Positions 1 to 12,201 of a stretch of 64,000 bases of DNA are shown here, piece after piece. A program made the translations under genes and the position numbers. The stretch's first letter is position 1; every line of letters starts with the position of its first letter. The DNA comes from Callorhinchus milii (taxonomy: Eukaryota). Location: positions 77,750,001 to 77,814,000 of the forward strand of contig NW_024704742.1 of the NCBI RefSeq assembly GCF_018977255.1, in the 5' to 3' direction. A model generated the notes under the pieces. It had not been told where the DNA came from and did not search any database. It saw only the letters and a list, made by a program, of their open reading frames with translations.

Positions 1-61
1 TTTGTTACGTGCTTAAGAAGCTGCTAGTACTCAAAATAGTTACTTTTTGACATGTGAACAG

Positions 62-153
62 CAACAAGATTACATTTGTATAGCGCCTTTCACGTCAGGA
101 GGACATCCCAAGGCGCTGGACAGTGTACAGCATTTCAGACCCGACGCTGGGGT
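62..153 (-). mobile_element. L2 LINE 3' tail fragment
   Basis: Reverse complement of the L2 tail (gcgccttgggatgtcctcc..gtgaaaggcgctatacaaatgtaatcttgttg) also seen at about 7065-7125. Confidence 0.85.
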
Positions 154-1474
154 GAAGGCTAAATAACCGAGAGGCCAATGATGTAGCAGTCGCTGCTTTC
201 AGCCAAGGCAACAAGGAATTATTTTTTAATCTAATGGAATTTGTTTTAACCTATGTCTAGGCTGTTGAGATAAGCCACATTCCAAAGAGTGACAAACTAA
301 ATGCTGTTTGTTGTCGTTTTGGTCAGCCGAATAAATTTTCTTGATTGAATATTTCTTGATTTATACCATAAAATATTCAATCAAAAAAAACTGGCAATAC
401 ACGATTGATTGAACACGTTCATACCTAGACTAGTGCAAATGTTCGGCGGGTTCCTTTTTGACAACAAGTGGACCGTGGGTTTGCCATCACTCCTATTATG
501 TCTATGAGTAAGTAAATTGACAGCTTGTTCATGATTATTGAACCATTTTGAGTCATATTATTGCGGCACTGAAAAATGATTCACTTCGTCAATTGCTATG
601 GTAACAAACCTGAAAAAGTAAAACAAAACAACCCAGATTGTGTGAAATGGAGCAGATGTAATTGCTTGTAAATCTGCATGGCAGCAATTAGTGATCTAAG
701 CTTCTGATGTTTATTGAGGGTAACCAAATGTGCACATTTTTTACAGTACATCTGTTTTGTTTTTTCTCCTACTTTGTACAGCACCTAACGTCTCTAGACT
801 GACCATGCAATACAGTGCTGGGGTGATATTACATTGTGCATTAAACCAAGATTATATCTACTTCTTCAGGTGGCCGTTAAAGAACCCAGTCTGGATAACT
901 TGTCACTGAGCTTTTTTTTCCCTTGGAGTGACGAGTTATCCAGAGTTTATTGTATTTGTTTTTCAACTATTTGTTTTACAAGGGTGCAATTTTTAAAACT
1001 ATTGATTAAGTTTCTCAAGTGTATATGTGAAGACACATCATTTTTACTGCAATGGAGGCCTAGGTCCCCTATTTTAATTTGTGCCAAATCTGCCAAGGCC
1101 AGTCTAACAAAGCGTATAACAGGAAAACAAGCTGCTAAGATTCCCTGTTGCAAGACTGACATTTCTGACAAGTTGTTTGTCCCAGAATTAGGTCTTGTCT
1201 ACTTTATTTAATAATTTTTACAAGAATTTGATTATTTGTTCCTATTCAGCTGGTTTGGAGATGGAGTGGTGGAGGTGGAGCATATTGAATGAAGAGTAAG
1301 AAAGGTATACAAATTCACCTTGGATGTGGAAGTCATTATTCTTCAAATTAAGTTAACCTCCAATTCCCTTATTCTTCCTTTTGAGAATAGGATCTTTGTA
1401 CATATCCATGCTATCATTCTCATACTGTTTTACTAAAAAAAACTATTTTGCTATTTTGATTTTTCCCAATTGGT

Positions 1475-2470
1475 TCCTGCAAGCCAAAGTCCAAATGGGT
1501 AGGGAGCTCCTTGCTGGACAAGCAGCGTGAAGCTTGCCAGTCAGTGCTCTCCATGGCAAATTTTGCGGTTTTACCTGGGTAAACTCCAGCAAATCCTCAA
1601 ATCGCACTCTGGAGTGACTTGGCTCTCAGCAACATGCGCTCAATATTCTCCAGAATTAGGTTAACAGGGTGTGTCCCTCCAGCAAAGGAGTACACATTCC
1701 ATTTCAGACACAGGAAAATTTCCACGTGTGAATAGTAAAAATAGAAAAGCGGATTATGTTCTAGAGGGGAAGAGACGAGGTAATGTTAGTGTTCAGAGGG
1801 ATTTGGGTGAACTTGTACACCAGTCGCAAAAAGTTAGTATGCAGGTACAGCAAGCAATTAGGAAGGCTAATGCCATGTTGGCGTTCGTTGCAAAAGGGTT
1901 TGAGTACAAGAGTAGGGAAGTCTTGCTGCAATTGTATAAGGCCTTGTTGAGACCACACCTAGAATATTGTGTACAGTTTTGGTCTCCTTATTTAAGAAAG
2001 GACATACTCGCCTTAGAGAGGGTGCAGTGTAGATTCACTAGATTGGTTCCTGGGATGAGGGGACTGACCTATGAGAATAGGTTGAGTAGACTAGGCCTAT
2101 ATTCTCTAGAATATAGAAGAATTAAAGGTGATCTTATAGAAACCTATAAGTTTCTTAAGGGTCTTGACAGGGTAGATGCCGTGAGACTGTTTCCCCTGTT
2201 GGAGAATCTAAAACTCAGGGTCATAGTCTCAAGAATAAGGGTCAGCCTTTTCGAACTGAGTTGAGGAAACATTTCTGGAATTAGGTTAGAAGATCAGCCA
2301 TGATCTTATTAAATAGCGGGGCAGGCTCGAGGGACTGAATGGCCTTCTCCTGATCCTACATCTTATGGTTTTATGGGTAGCATACGTATGTGGGACCCTT
2401 GTCAGATTTGTATACTTTTAAACAAGGTGATGAGTATCCACATGTATTAGATGTCCAGCTGCCTAAAAAA
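1475..2470 (+). mobile_element. Repeat family X copy (1475-1730 and 2376-2470) split by a CR1 insertion
   Basis: The two halves join into the same sequence as the copy at 4285-4772. Confidence 0.75.
1731..2375 (+). mobile_element. CR1 LINE 3' fragment (RT C-terminus + 3'UTR)
   Basis: ORF 1671-2264 has LYKALLRPHLEYCVQFWSPYLRKDI; 3' end gaatggccttctcctg..ttatg. Confidence 0.95.
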
Positions 2471-2644
2471 TATTGTAGCGTACATAGAGCTGTTGGAGAA
2501 GCAGCAGTCTTCACCGGTCATCGGGAAGAAGCAAATCAACTTTATTTTCACAAATGCAACAAATCAAAGGCAACCCTGTGTGGAGGTCATCCACAGTAAG
2601 GGATGTCAGACTTGGTGTTCATGTGTACGGGAACACTCTTTATA

Positions 2645-2912
2645 TCTTTCTTGCATTTGACGTCGTTGAGACGTCTCAAAGTGCTTCACAGAATATATTG
2701 TAAAGTAGATTAACTGTATTTTGTGGGTGAAACACGGCAGCCAATTGTGCACAGCAGTGTCCCACAAAGACTTGTGGATTGAATGACCAAATTGTTTTTG
2801 AGGAATTATTACCCCTGGAAAACAATCTGCCAATCGACTAATAATCGTGTTCCTAATTACTGCTAGGTAAACAGAGGTGTGTGGAGTAAGGAAATTTGCC
2901 TAAGGTGTCGCC
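2645..2912 (-). mobile_element. tRNA-derived SINE lacking most of its head
   Basis: Same body as 9050-9413 (gcagccaattg..cacagcagtgtcccacaaa, gtggagtaaggaaa). Confidence 0.85.
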
Positions 2913-3705
2913 TCTCCCAGGAGCGGGGGTGTGGGGTGGGGCAAAATCTCAGGCAAGTTTCCTTACTCCACACACTAGACCACATTCCTTATTCCATGCT
3001 CTTCCAAAGACCCATTCCATAAGCCTTCCCTTAAACAGGTGGGAAGACATTGAAAGCACTGTTGCCAGAGCTGTAACTAGTCCCCCTGAGTTCTCTTTGA
3101 GTCTGGTTCCTCACCTTTGGTAGGTGGCAATTCACCAGCTTCTCTTCTCACCAGCTGGTCTCTCTGTTCCTTTCTCACCTGGAGCTCTAGTTTGTGGATC
3201 AGTATTGTTCTGCCCACTTTCCTCACTGGCATCAAGCCCCACAGTCATGATAGTGCCCCACTCGGACTTTGCAACAGTCCAATTCAGTGTGTTTACTATA
3301 TTAATACATAGAATGGGAGTTTTGGGTGACCTGTACTCTAATTTTCAAAACTTTCCTATTTTTTAAATGCAAAACATTTCTCCTGATTGCTACGTTATAG
3401 GCTGGGGGGGAGGAGGTCTGGGAGGGGTAATCACATTGTGCTTTTTGTTTCTCTTTATTCTTGTGCATTTAGTTTTCTCTTTATTCTAAGTACAATGAAA
3501 TAATATTTGTGTATTTGTGCACTGTTCATGGTCTCTTCATGCACTGTAGCCACTTCTAGATTCTGTAACTATAGTTCAGTTTTTAACTGTTTTGCCTTTG
3601 GGAGCATTGTGCTGGAGTTAGCAGCTTGTTAGATTCTCCAATAGGAATTATATTCTAGTGTGAAATGCAGAACAGTTATTTCTGTAACCTTTCTTTTTTA
3701 AAAAG

Positions 3706-3930
3706 GTAAATACCATGCCATCTTCCAAACCTCCCAGCTTTGACCTTTGTCAAGCAGGTCTCTCAGCCGCTGGTTTGGTTTCATCGCCTCTAAATGAATC
3801 ATACATGCTAGCTCAGCAGAATGGTAGTAAAGTAAACCAACCTGACACCTCGGTACAGCCTGGCTATCCTCATGTTAATGGGAAACCATCCAATGAGGAG
3901 TTTGATCAGATTTTGAGAAGAATGGCACAG
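3706..3930 (+). CDS. MPDZ: MPDZ coding exon (linker after L27): VNTMPSSK...HVNGKPSNEEFDQILRRMAQ
   Basis: aaaag|GTA acceptor, CAG|gtaaga donor; 225 nt, phase 0-0; resembles MPDZ HINGKPACDEFDQLIKNMAQ. Confidence 0.93.
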
Positions 3931-4284
3931 GTAAGAGAGCTGGTTCAGTATGATATCCTTGTTGCTAATGGGATGTTTAAAGCCATTTCATGTACTATTT
4001 GATTGTTTTGATTTTTAGTGAAGATTTTCATAGCAACCATGTTACCCTGTTGTGTGCATTATTAATGGGAAAAGAAAATAAATCATGACTTATTTGAAAG
4101 TTCTCAGTTTAAAGTTAATCAACAGGTACGGCTTTTCAATCTTGAGAGACAATGACTCAGAGGGTACCTTATACAGGTGGATATGATTTTAAATGGAATT
4201 GAAAGAGTAACCCCAGTTCAATACATTTGTGCTAGATGTTTTGTAATCTCTTCAAATTTTGTAATCAAGTCAATTCTTTGTGAT

Positions 4285-4772
4285 GGTCTTAGTTGTCCCA
4301 AGTCCTGAGACAGACCGGACATTTACTTCAAGGCACTGTTGATGATAGGCCAGCTATTCTCGCTCATCATCAGGACTTGGAGGAGCAGACCAGTCACTGG
4401 GATTCTTCGCTCTCTGCTCCTGTTAACCTTGTAAGCCAAAGCCTGGATAGGGTGGTCCAAGCTGGACAAGCCGAAAGAAGTTTGCCAGAAACTGCTCTCA
4501 ATGGCAAGCTATGTGGCTTTAGCTGGTTAATCTCTGGCAATATTCCATCCTACAATCTGGAGCTCAGGGCTTGGCCCCTGGACAACCTGTGCCTGCTACT
4601 TTATAGAATTGGGTAAGCAGGATACATTCTTCCAGGGAGAAAGTACAGATTTCATTCTAGACTCAGGGAAATTCTATGTGTAGGTGGCATACGTATGTGG
4701 AACTCGCAGGTTTGAATACTTTTAAGCATGGTGATGGGTTTCCGCATGTAAACACCCAGTTGACTAAAATAA
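4285..4772 (+). mobile_element. Repeat family X copy (5'-truncated)
   Basis: Shared blocks cagaccagtcactggg, ggtggtccaagctggacaagc, aattgggtaagcagg; 3' end cacccagttgactaaaa. Confidence 0.8.
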
Positions 4773-4918
4773 CTTGTGGACCGGTTGAAAGGACTGGTAT
4801 AAATGAAAACATTTTTTTTTTAAAAAGCAAACTGAGTATGGCCTTTAAGTATTTTTTAACTATACAATGTGTTTTTATGTACCATCAGGGATGACTGTGG
4901 TATCTTCTGTCTCATCAG

Positions 4919-5058
4919 GGTCGTCCTATTGAATACATAGATCTCATGAAACCTGCATGTGGTGGTTTAGGTTTCAGGGTAGTAGGACTAAAGAGTGAAA
5001 ATAAAGGAGAGTTAGGGATCTTTGTTCAGGAAATCCAAGAGGGCAGTGTGGCAGCAAG
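4919..5058 (+). CDS. MPDZ: MPDZ exon, PDZ1 N-half: [47 protein letters not shown]
   Basis: catcag| acceptor, AG|gtaaga donor; 140 nt, phase 0-2; GLGF loop. Confidence 0.96.
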
Positions 5059-5344
5059 GTAAGAATACATTCATTATAGCCTTCAGTGACTTCCAGCTGT
5101 TTAATCTTTGCGCACTGTTGATGATAATATCTCTCATTCTTAAATTTTAGGTTGCGTACAATACACGTCATCTTTATTCCTCCCTCAAAGATTGAATCAC
5201 CAAATCTTGATTTCTTCTATGGTTTTCAATGAGACAATGGAAATCTAGAGTTCTTCAGTTCGTTGAAGAGTAATTTTCTTTGTCTTGCAAATTCAATCAT
5301 TTTTGATGGCTTCACTGTTTGACAGCACTAAAGTTATTGAATCT

Positions 5345-7127
5345 TCTAAAATCGAGGGGATACATTCAGCCACCTCAGCCCTGTCCACAGCCACCCCCAC
5401 ATCACCTCTCCCTCATGACCCACCCCCCACCCATCCCGTCCTTTACTCCTTCGACCCTATCTCTCCCTCCTCCCTCACCACGACTGTCCGCAAACTCAAA
5501 CCCACCACCTGCTCCCTCGATCCCATCCCAACCTCTCTCCTCGTCTCCCAGCTCCAACTTCTGGCCCCCCTCCTGTCCGATGTCATCAACCTCTCCCTGT
5601 CCAGCGGTTCAGTTCCCACCCCCCTAAAAACAACCATCATCACCCCCAACTTGAAAAAACCTTCCCTGGATCCATCCCTCCTCTCCAGCTACCGCCCCAT
5701 CTCTAAACTCCCATTCCTCTCCAAGGTCCTGGAACGAGGCATCGCATCCCTGCTCCGCTCCTTCCTCACTCGCCATTCGCTCTTTGAACCCCTCCAATCC
5801 GGCTTCCGCACTGCCCACAGCACGGAAACAGCCCTGGTCAAAGTCACTAATGACATACTGAACATCTGTGATCAGGGCTCCCTCTGCCTCCTTGTCCTCC
5901 TCGACCTCTCTGCCGCCTTCGACACTGTCTACCGTTCCTTCCTCATACACCGCCTCTCCGCTTTACTCAATCTTCACAGATCTGCCCTTGCCTGGTTCGC
6001 TTCCTATCTCTCACTATCTCCACTTTGTTTCTTCTAACGGTTTCTCTTCCAGCCCCCGCACTGTCACATCTGGTGTCCCCCAGTGCTCTGTCCATGGCCC
6101 TATCCTCTTTAATATCTATATGCTCCCCCTTGGTGACATCATCCGCAGACATGGGGTCAACTTCGACATGTATGCAAATGACACCCAACTCTATCTTTCT
6201 GACTCTACCCTCAACTCCAGGACCACTGCTGTCCTGACAGACTGTCTGTCGGGCATCAAGTCCTATATGAGGGCAAATTTCCGACAGTTGAATGTGAACA
6301 AGACTGAGGCCCTCCTGATTGACTCACGCCAGCGCCTCAGCACCTCAGGCTCTGGCAACATCACCCTCCATGGTTGCACATTTCCACTCACCAAGACAGT
6401 CAGGAACCTAGGGGTCTTGTTCGACCCTCAACTGTCTTTTCACCCCCACATTCAAGCCATGACCCACTCTGCCTTCCCTCACCTCCTTAACATCGCCCGA
6501 CTCCGCCATTATCTCACCCCTCAGACCACTGAAACTCTGTTCATACCTTCATCACCTCCAGGCTCAACTATGCAAACGCCCTGCTTGTCGACCTTCCCAA
6601 CTCCTCCCTCCACAGGCTGCAGATAATCCAGAACTCTGCAGCCCGTGTCCTCTCCCGCACCAAACTCCCCCACTCTTGCCCGACTCCACTGCCTCTCTAT
6701 CCTTCAGAGGATCCAGTTCAAGATCCTGGTCTTCACATACAAAGCCCTCCATGGCCTCGCCCCACCCTATCTCTGTGACCTCCTAACCCTCTACCAACCC
6801 ACCTGTTCCCTCCGCTCAGCCGGCTCTGGTCTGCTCCACGTCCCCCAACCCACCCGCCCCACCATTGGCGGGAGAGCCTTCAGCCACTCTGCCCCCAACC
6901 TCCGGAATTCCATCCCCCAGTCACTCCGCCTCGCCCCCTCCTTAGCCTCCTTCAAGTTCTGCCTCAAGACCTTCCTCTTCGACCATGCCATCGGCCACCA
7001 CCCTTCCCCTCCCTTCCCCCCCTCCCAAACCCAGCTCGGGTCTGAAATGCTGTACTCTGTCCAGCGCCTTGGGACGTCCTCCCAATGTGAAAGGCGCTAT
7101 ACAAATGTAATCTTGTTGTTGTTATTG
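5345..7127 (+). mobile_element. L2 LINE, 5'-truncated, frameshifted RT + 3' tail
   Basis: [50 protein letters not shown] motifs; (ttg)n tail. Confidence 0.96.
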
Positions 7128-7199
7128 CTTCTCTGAAAATTCCTCTCGTTGAAATCAAGGCCTATTACAAAATCGTCTTCCCCCTTCACATTCCCTTAG

Positions 7200-7505
7200 T
7201 AGGCAAATCTGCTGATTAGCGTGAAACTGACCCATAGCAATCAGGAACGTCTCCAGCTCAATCTGTGCTGAACTACTCAATCTTGGCTGCGTTGCTAAAA
7301 TTGGCCACCATGCCTCTGGGCTCGTGTGAAAAAATGTATTTCTGATTGCTGGAAGTGGCCTTTGGCAGCAGACAGAATTAGGTACTTCTGTGAAAGTCCA
7401 AGAGTCAAATATCCTGCTCGTATTAGCTGTGTAGGCTCACACACGAAGAATGACATTTGTGCAAAATACTGGAGGCTTTACCACCTGTAGGACCATATGC
7501 CAGTA
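7200..7505 (+). mobile_element. Old degenerate SINE-like family Y copy
   Basis: Weak similarity to the reverse complements of 8935-9615 and 51170-51845. Confidence 0.45.
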
Positions 7506-8349
7506 TAAATATTTGCAAATTGGCATATATCAGTGATAGGATGTTAGCTAAATGGCAGCTTAAAACCATCTTGATGCCAGGAGTAGCGGGAAGAACTCCT
7601 CACTGATGTTGTCATTTTTTTGATTTTAATAAAATACTTGCGGTGGTGAAACAGTTTCTGTTACAATTTAGCTTTCAATCTTTTAGGAACAAACTAATAA
7701 AATTTAACTAAAATATTAACAAATCGATTTGTTGTCCATAAAAAGGGCTATTTGAATTTTCTTTTGGATTTGTGAATGATTTATGACTGAATAATTTACA
7801 ATTGGTAAATTCATAGGAAAAGAGTGTTGAATTTGTTAAATTTCTGTTCTCCTTAAGTGCTTTACTTCCCTCTGGCCTTGCTTTAATTAATTTAAAATTC
7901 CATGCAGTTTTGAGGATTTATTCCACTGGCTTTGACTTTGGTTAGGAATCTGCTTGCAAATCTGACTCCTCTTGTCTCAGCCTTTCTATTTCTTTTAGAC
8001 CTCTCTTGTTAGCTTTTCATCTATCCTTGATCTATTCATTGGGAGCTAGCATTGTGCCGAACTGAATTGCTCTGCAACTTTCAGCCATTCAAATTTGTCC
8101 CCCTGTGTAGATGAGTAGATCAGTCCCTGGGGGCAGAGATTCTTCTTTGCTTTGCGCATGTGCAGCATACAGAAATTGACACAGTCAGTGACCCAATAAT
8201 CTGGAGGTTGGTCATTTTTTTCTATTCGCACAGGAACTGGCTATGGAGTTGGCCTTTGGGCATGCAAAGTCAAACCTGCTATTGCACCTCTGTATAATGT
8301 GGGTGAGGATTTTTTAAGAACCCAAACAAAGCTCCACTGTATTTACTGA

Positions 8350-8572
8350 CCTGGCTTAGTTGGTAACATCCTTACCTATGAGCCAGAGGGTTCTTCATCT
8401 GCACAGGCAGATAGGAGCTTGGTTTATAATGTCTCATCTGAAGGCACCTTCAACAATCTAATGCTCTCGCAGCACTGTATTGGAGTGTACGCCTTGAGTA
8501 AAATTCAACGTGAGGTTTGAACCCACAACCTTCTGACAAAAATGTGAGAGTACTTCTAACTGAGTCAGGCTA
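8350..8572 (-). mobile_element. Deu-type tRNA SINE 5' part (minus), preceded by a short plus-strand head fragment
   Basis: ttgaacccacaaccttctgac..gagagt..aactgagtc is the reverse complement of the head at 34017. Confidence 0.75.
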
Positions 8573-8664
8573 ACACCCAATGTTGTAGATCGTTCTGTTT
8601 TAATTGAGTGGTACTGGAATTTGTGCTGAAGTTCATGTTAGGTTTCTTTGCTCACTGTTTATAG

Positions 8665-8878
8665 AGATGACAAACTAAGGGAGGCGGACCAGATTCTAGC
8701 TATCAATAGACAGCCCCTTGACCAGACTGTCACACATCAACAGGCTATTGTCATCTTGCAGAATGCCACTGACAATGTTCAGTTGGTGATTGCCAGAGGA
8801 TCTATTCCACATCTAAATAGTCCAATGGTCTCACGTACACCATCAGATGCTAGCACACTTTCTGTTCATTCTTCTACA
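8665..8878 (+). CDS. MPDZ: MPDZ exon, PDZ1 C-half: [28 protein letters not shown]...VHSST
   Basis: tatag| acceptor, ACA|gtaagt donor; 214 nt, phase 2-0. Confidence 0.96.
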
Positions 8879-8934
8879 GTAAGTACATGCTTTGAAACCT
8901 GAGTAAATCCAGATGTTTTTATTTTCCCTCTTAA

Positions 8935-9615
8935 AGGCACCAACTCTTGCCCAGTGGCCATTTATGTTTGACCTTAGAGATAGAGTGCTCTTCAGCCATT
9001 GAGGGAATCAGAAGCAGACATGAACCTTTTCTTATCCCGTATCTAGACATAATAATATAATAATAATCCTTGCATTTGATATAGCGCGTTATCATGTCTG
9101 CAAGACGTCAAAAAAAGCGCTTCACAGAATACACTGTTAAGTGAATTGACTGTATTTTGTGGGCGAAATGCAGCAACCAATTGCATACAGCAGTGTCCCA
9201 CAAACAGTCGTGGATTGAAGTGACCAATTTTTTTTTGAGGAATTATTACCCCCAGAAAAGCTATCCACCAATCGACTAACAGCCAGGTTCCTACTTACTG
9301 CTAAGTAAACAGACGTGTGGAGTAAGGAAACTTGCCCAACATTTTGCCCTGCTGGGAATCAAACCCAGGTCTCCCATTTGCGAGGTGAATGCTCTAACCA
9401 CTGAGCTACAGGACATGTGCACTTTCATGCAGAGGTCACTGGGTAACTGCAGAAAAAAGGTTGACTTTTCTGTGTTGCCATTGAGGCCTGTTGTACTATT
9501 TCTGATGCTCTGCTGTGATTAGCTAACTCAGATTTGAGATTAAATCTAAGAGCTTTCAGGTCTGTAGGGCTGAGTTTGACTAGATGGTGCCTTTACCAAT
9601 CAACATTGAGGGAGC
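8935..9615 (-). mobile_element. Old SINE-like family Y copy interrupted by a younger SINE
   Basis: Ends ggtctgtagggc..ggtgcctttacc, as at 51785-51825; sequence is continuous across 9050-9413. Confidence 0.55.
9050..9413 (-). mobile_element. Complete tRNA-derived SINE
   Basis: A/B-box head (rc of gctctaaccactgagctacagga), L2-like tail, (att)n end. Confidence 0.9.
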
Positions 9616-9717
9616 ACTTCTTGATGATCAAAAGGATGCTCAAAGGTACAATAGGCAAAAACTTTCTTTAAATCAAAAACCTTGGATTATTCATTTGAGT
9701 ACATTTATCCCCAAAAG

Positions 9718-9846
9718 GTCCACTGGCAGCATGTTGAAAGCATTGAGCTAGTGAACGATGGATCTGGTTTGGGATTTGGAATTGTCGGTGGAAGAACAAC
9801 TGGTGTTGTTGTTAAAACCATTTTACCTGCCGGAGTCGCTGACCTC
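9718..9846 (+). CDS. MPDZ: MPDZ exon, PDZ2 N-half: [25 protein letters not shown]...GVADL
   Basis: aaag| acceptor, CTC|gtaaga donor; 129 nt, phase 0-0. Confidence 0.96.
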
Positions 9847-10233
9847 GTAAGAAAAATGCATATTATTTATTTTACTTTTCATGGAATACATTTGTTCTAT
9901 CTTGTCAACTCTTTATATCTATTGATGAGAATTTGAAAAAGAATAAACTGCACAATTCTACCAAATATACATTAATGCTGCATTATCAAACATTTTAAGA
10001 CTTAATACATTTTTAGAAGAACAAAACCAACTCAAGGAATATAATTCTGATAAACTTTCAGCACAACATTAAAATAGATAGCTTCTTAGTCACCTGCATT
10101 ATCTACGCACTAATGAATTAACAAATAAAGGTGAATAGGATAAAAGGGAAAAACAAAAGTCATGTCAAAGAAAAGAGCAGAACTTCTTCAAGATAGGCAT
10201 TCCTGGAAGAGAAGTGGCAGTGAATTAAACAAT

Positions 10234-10475
10234 AAACAAAAGGCAAAATGCTACAGATGCTGCAAATCTGAAATAATAACAGAAACCACTGGGAACCTCA
10301 GCAGGTCAGGCAGCATCTAGAGAAAGAGGAAAGTGAATTAACGTTTCAGGTTGACAACCTTTGTAATGGCTTTTCATTTTAAAGCCTTTTTGTAATGCAT
10401 GACCTGCTGAGTATTCCTATTGACTTCTGTTTTTATTTCAGGTTTCCAGCATCTGCAGTATTTTGTCTTTTGTTT
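10234..10475. mobile_element. Palindromic Penelope-type non-autonomous element (~75 bp imperfect arms)
   Basis: 10234-10308 pairs with 10400-10475; left part homologous to 19446-19578. Confidence 0.75.
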
Positions 10476-11168
10476 AACAAATAAAGCTTGAATATGACTT
10501 GTGGGATACTGTTCATATTCCATAGATGAGCTACAGTTAGTGCCACAAATGGATGTAGATTATATCCTATGGCTTTTTTTTATTATAAGGCCTTTTTGTT
10601 AATTGCCATGTGCACACATTAGGTAAGTGCTGAAAATGATTACATTTTAGTTTTAAATGTGATCTAAATTTGTTGCACAAATGATTGTGATTCTGACTAA
10701 AATGCCCTTTTATTCTCTCAGTATTGTTCCTGTTGTTTATGACATTTAAATTACAAAAAATATCTAATAACTGCCAGGAAATATTCACCCAATTCTAATT
10801 TGATAATGCCATCCTGTTTGGCATAGTGTTTGATGAGTAGAATTTTCTAATGAAGCAGAACTATGTTCTCCTAAATGAAGGGAAGTTGAATAACACAGAC
10901 ATTTGGTGGTCTTGGAAAAAACAATAGGATTTGAAATCAGTCATGAAATATTCAAATTGATTTGTTTTTAGAATTTTCTTACTTGCCTATCCTTTTTTTA
11001 CAGTTTTCAGGGAGATTTTCATTTTAATGGTGATACAGTTTTTCAAGATGTATTCTATTGTGTTAAATTTGTAAAGAAAGACATATGTAGTGTTTTTCAT
11101 TGAGTGTTGATCCTTTAATACAGTATGCTTTCATCAAATATTCACAATCTTGTACTGTTTGTCTGAAG

Positions 11169-11375
11169 GATGGACGACTTCAAAGTGGAGATCATATTCT
11201 GAAGATAGGTGACACAGACCTGCATGGAATGGGCAGTGAGCAAGTAGCTCAGGTCTTGCGGCAGTGCGGAAACCGGGTGAAATTAGTCATTGCTAGAGGT
11301 GCTATGGAAGAGTCCTTGGCAGCAGTTCCTCAAACAGTCCCCGCTGTACCTTCCGTGCCTCCTGTAGCAGAAGAG
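11169..11375 (+). CDS. MPDZ: MPDZ exon, PDZ2 C-half: [18 protein letters not shown]...PPVAEE (GC donor)
   Basis: tgaag| acceptor; best donor is GAG|gcaagt; 207 nt, phase 0-0. Confidence 0.92.
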
Positions 11376-12050
11376 GCAAGTTTGACTTCTCTTTGATCAG
11401 CATCTGCACGAATACACTCCAAACCATGATGCTATAATGGGGGCAGCCTGTATCTGTAATAAAACATTTACCTCTGTAAATGACTTATTTAGGAAATTGT
11501 TGGCACTGCCATAGTGTTCTGCACAGCATCGTGAACAAAGGGTTAATAGAATTTAAAATTATTTTGAAATACTTGACCTACTTGAGGATAGATTGGATGC
11601 TTATTTACAGATTTACTAAATTCTGCATTTAACTAAATGTGGATTCCTGATATCAGCCGTGCTTTCAAGGAAGATGCCGAGTAGAGATCAGACAGTTCCC
11701 CACAGAAATATTAAGAAAGCTGCTTGTTTTGGACCCTTAGCAAGCACCTCTTTAAGTAGCTATCTCCAGTGATCGTAGCAGAGACCTAGGAGCAGGTTGT
11801 CTCTCAGCCTGTATTGTGGAGCGGTGCAAGGTTTGGGAAAGGCCTAGAATGGAGAAAAGGAAAACTGAAAATAGACCATTAATTTAGAATTGCTTATGTA
11901 CTTTCATTCAGATAGTAAATAAAAGTGGTCCATACACAGCGGTGTAATCGTGGGTTCCGCCCACCATAATAACGTGTAACATCTTATTGTTAGAACAGTT
12001 ATCATTTGTTTCTCTTTTAATTAAAATATAAATTCTGTTTGTTTTACTAG

Positions 12051-12165
12051 CCTGAACCAATTGGTTCCCAAGAGTTTGATGGTGAAACATTTGATGTGCA
12101 ACTTACAAAAGATACACATGGACTGGGCATAACCATTGCTGGTTATGTTGGAGACAAAAATTTAG
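12051..12165 (+). CDS. MPDZ: MPDZ exon, PDZ3 start: PEPIGSQEFDGETFDVQLTKDTHGLGITIAGYVGDKNL
   Basis: tactag| acceptor, G|gtagta donor; 115 nt, phase 0-1. Confidence 0.95.
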
Positions 12166-12201
12166 GTAGTATATGAAATATTAAATGTTTTCTTATAATA
12201 A

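Noticed and set aside
341..384. 14-bp perfect hairpin (ttgattgaatattt/aaatattcaatcaa)
   Set aside because: AT-rich and too short for a miRNA precursor; no TSD or second copy seen.
1..3705. MPDZ start/L27 exons
   Set aside because: No L27-like translation with splice sites was found; these exons are presumably upstream of the window.
4889..4918. Duplicate catcag acceptor 30 nt upstream of the PDZ1 exon
   Set aside because: Its use gives an immediate TGA; homology supports 4919.
5285..7136. Long ORFs (250, 252, 163 aa; likewise 55077-57799 and 61356-62114) as host genes
   Set aside because: They are frameshifted pieces of L2 ORF2 or off-frame reads of C-rich L2 sequence.
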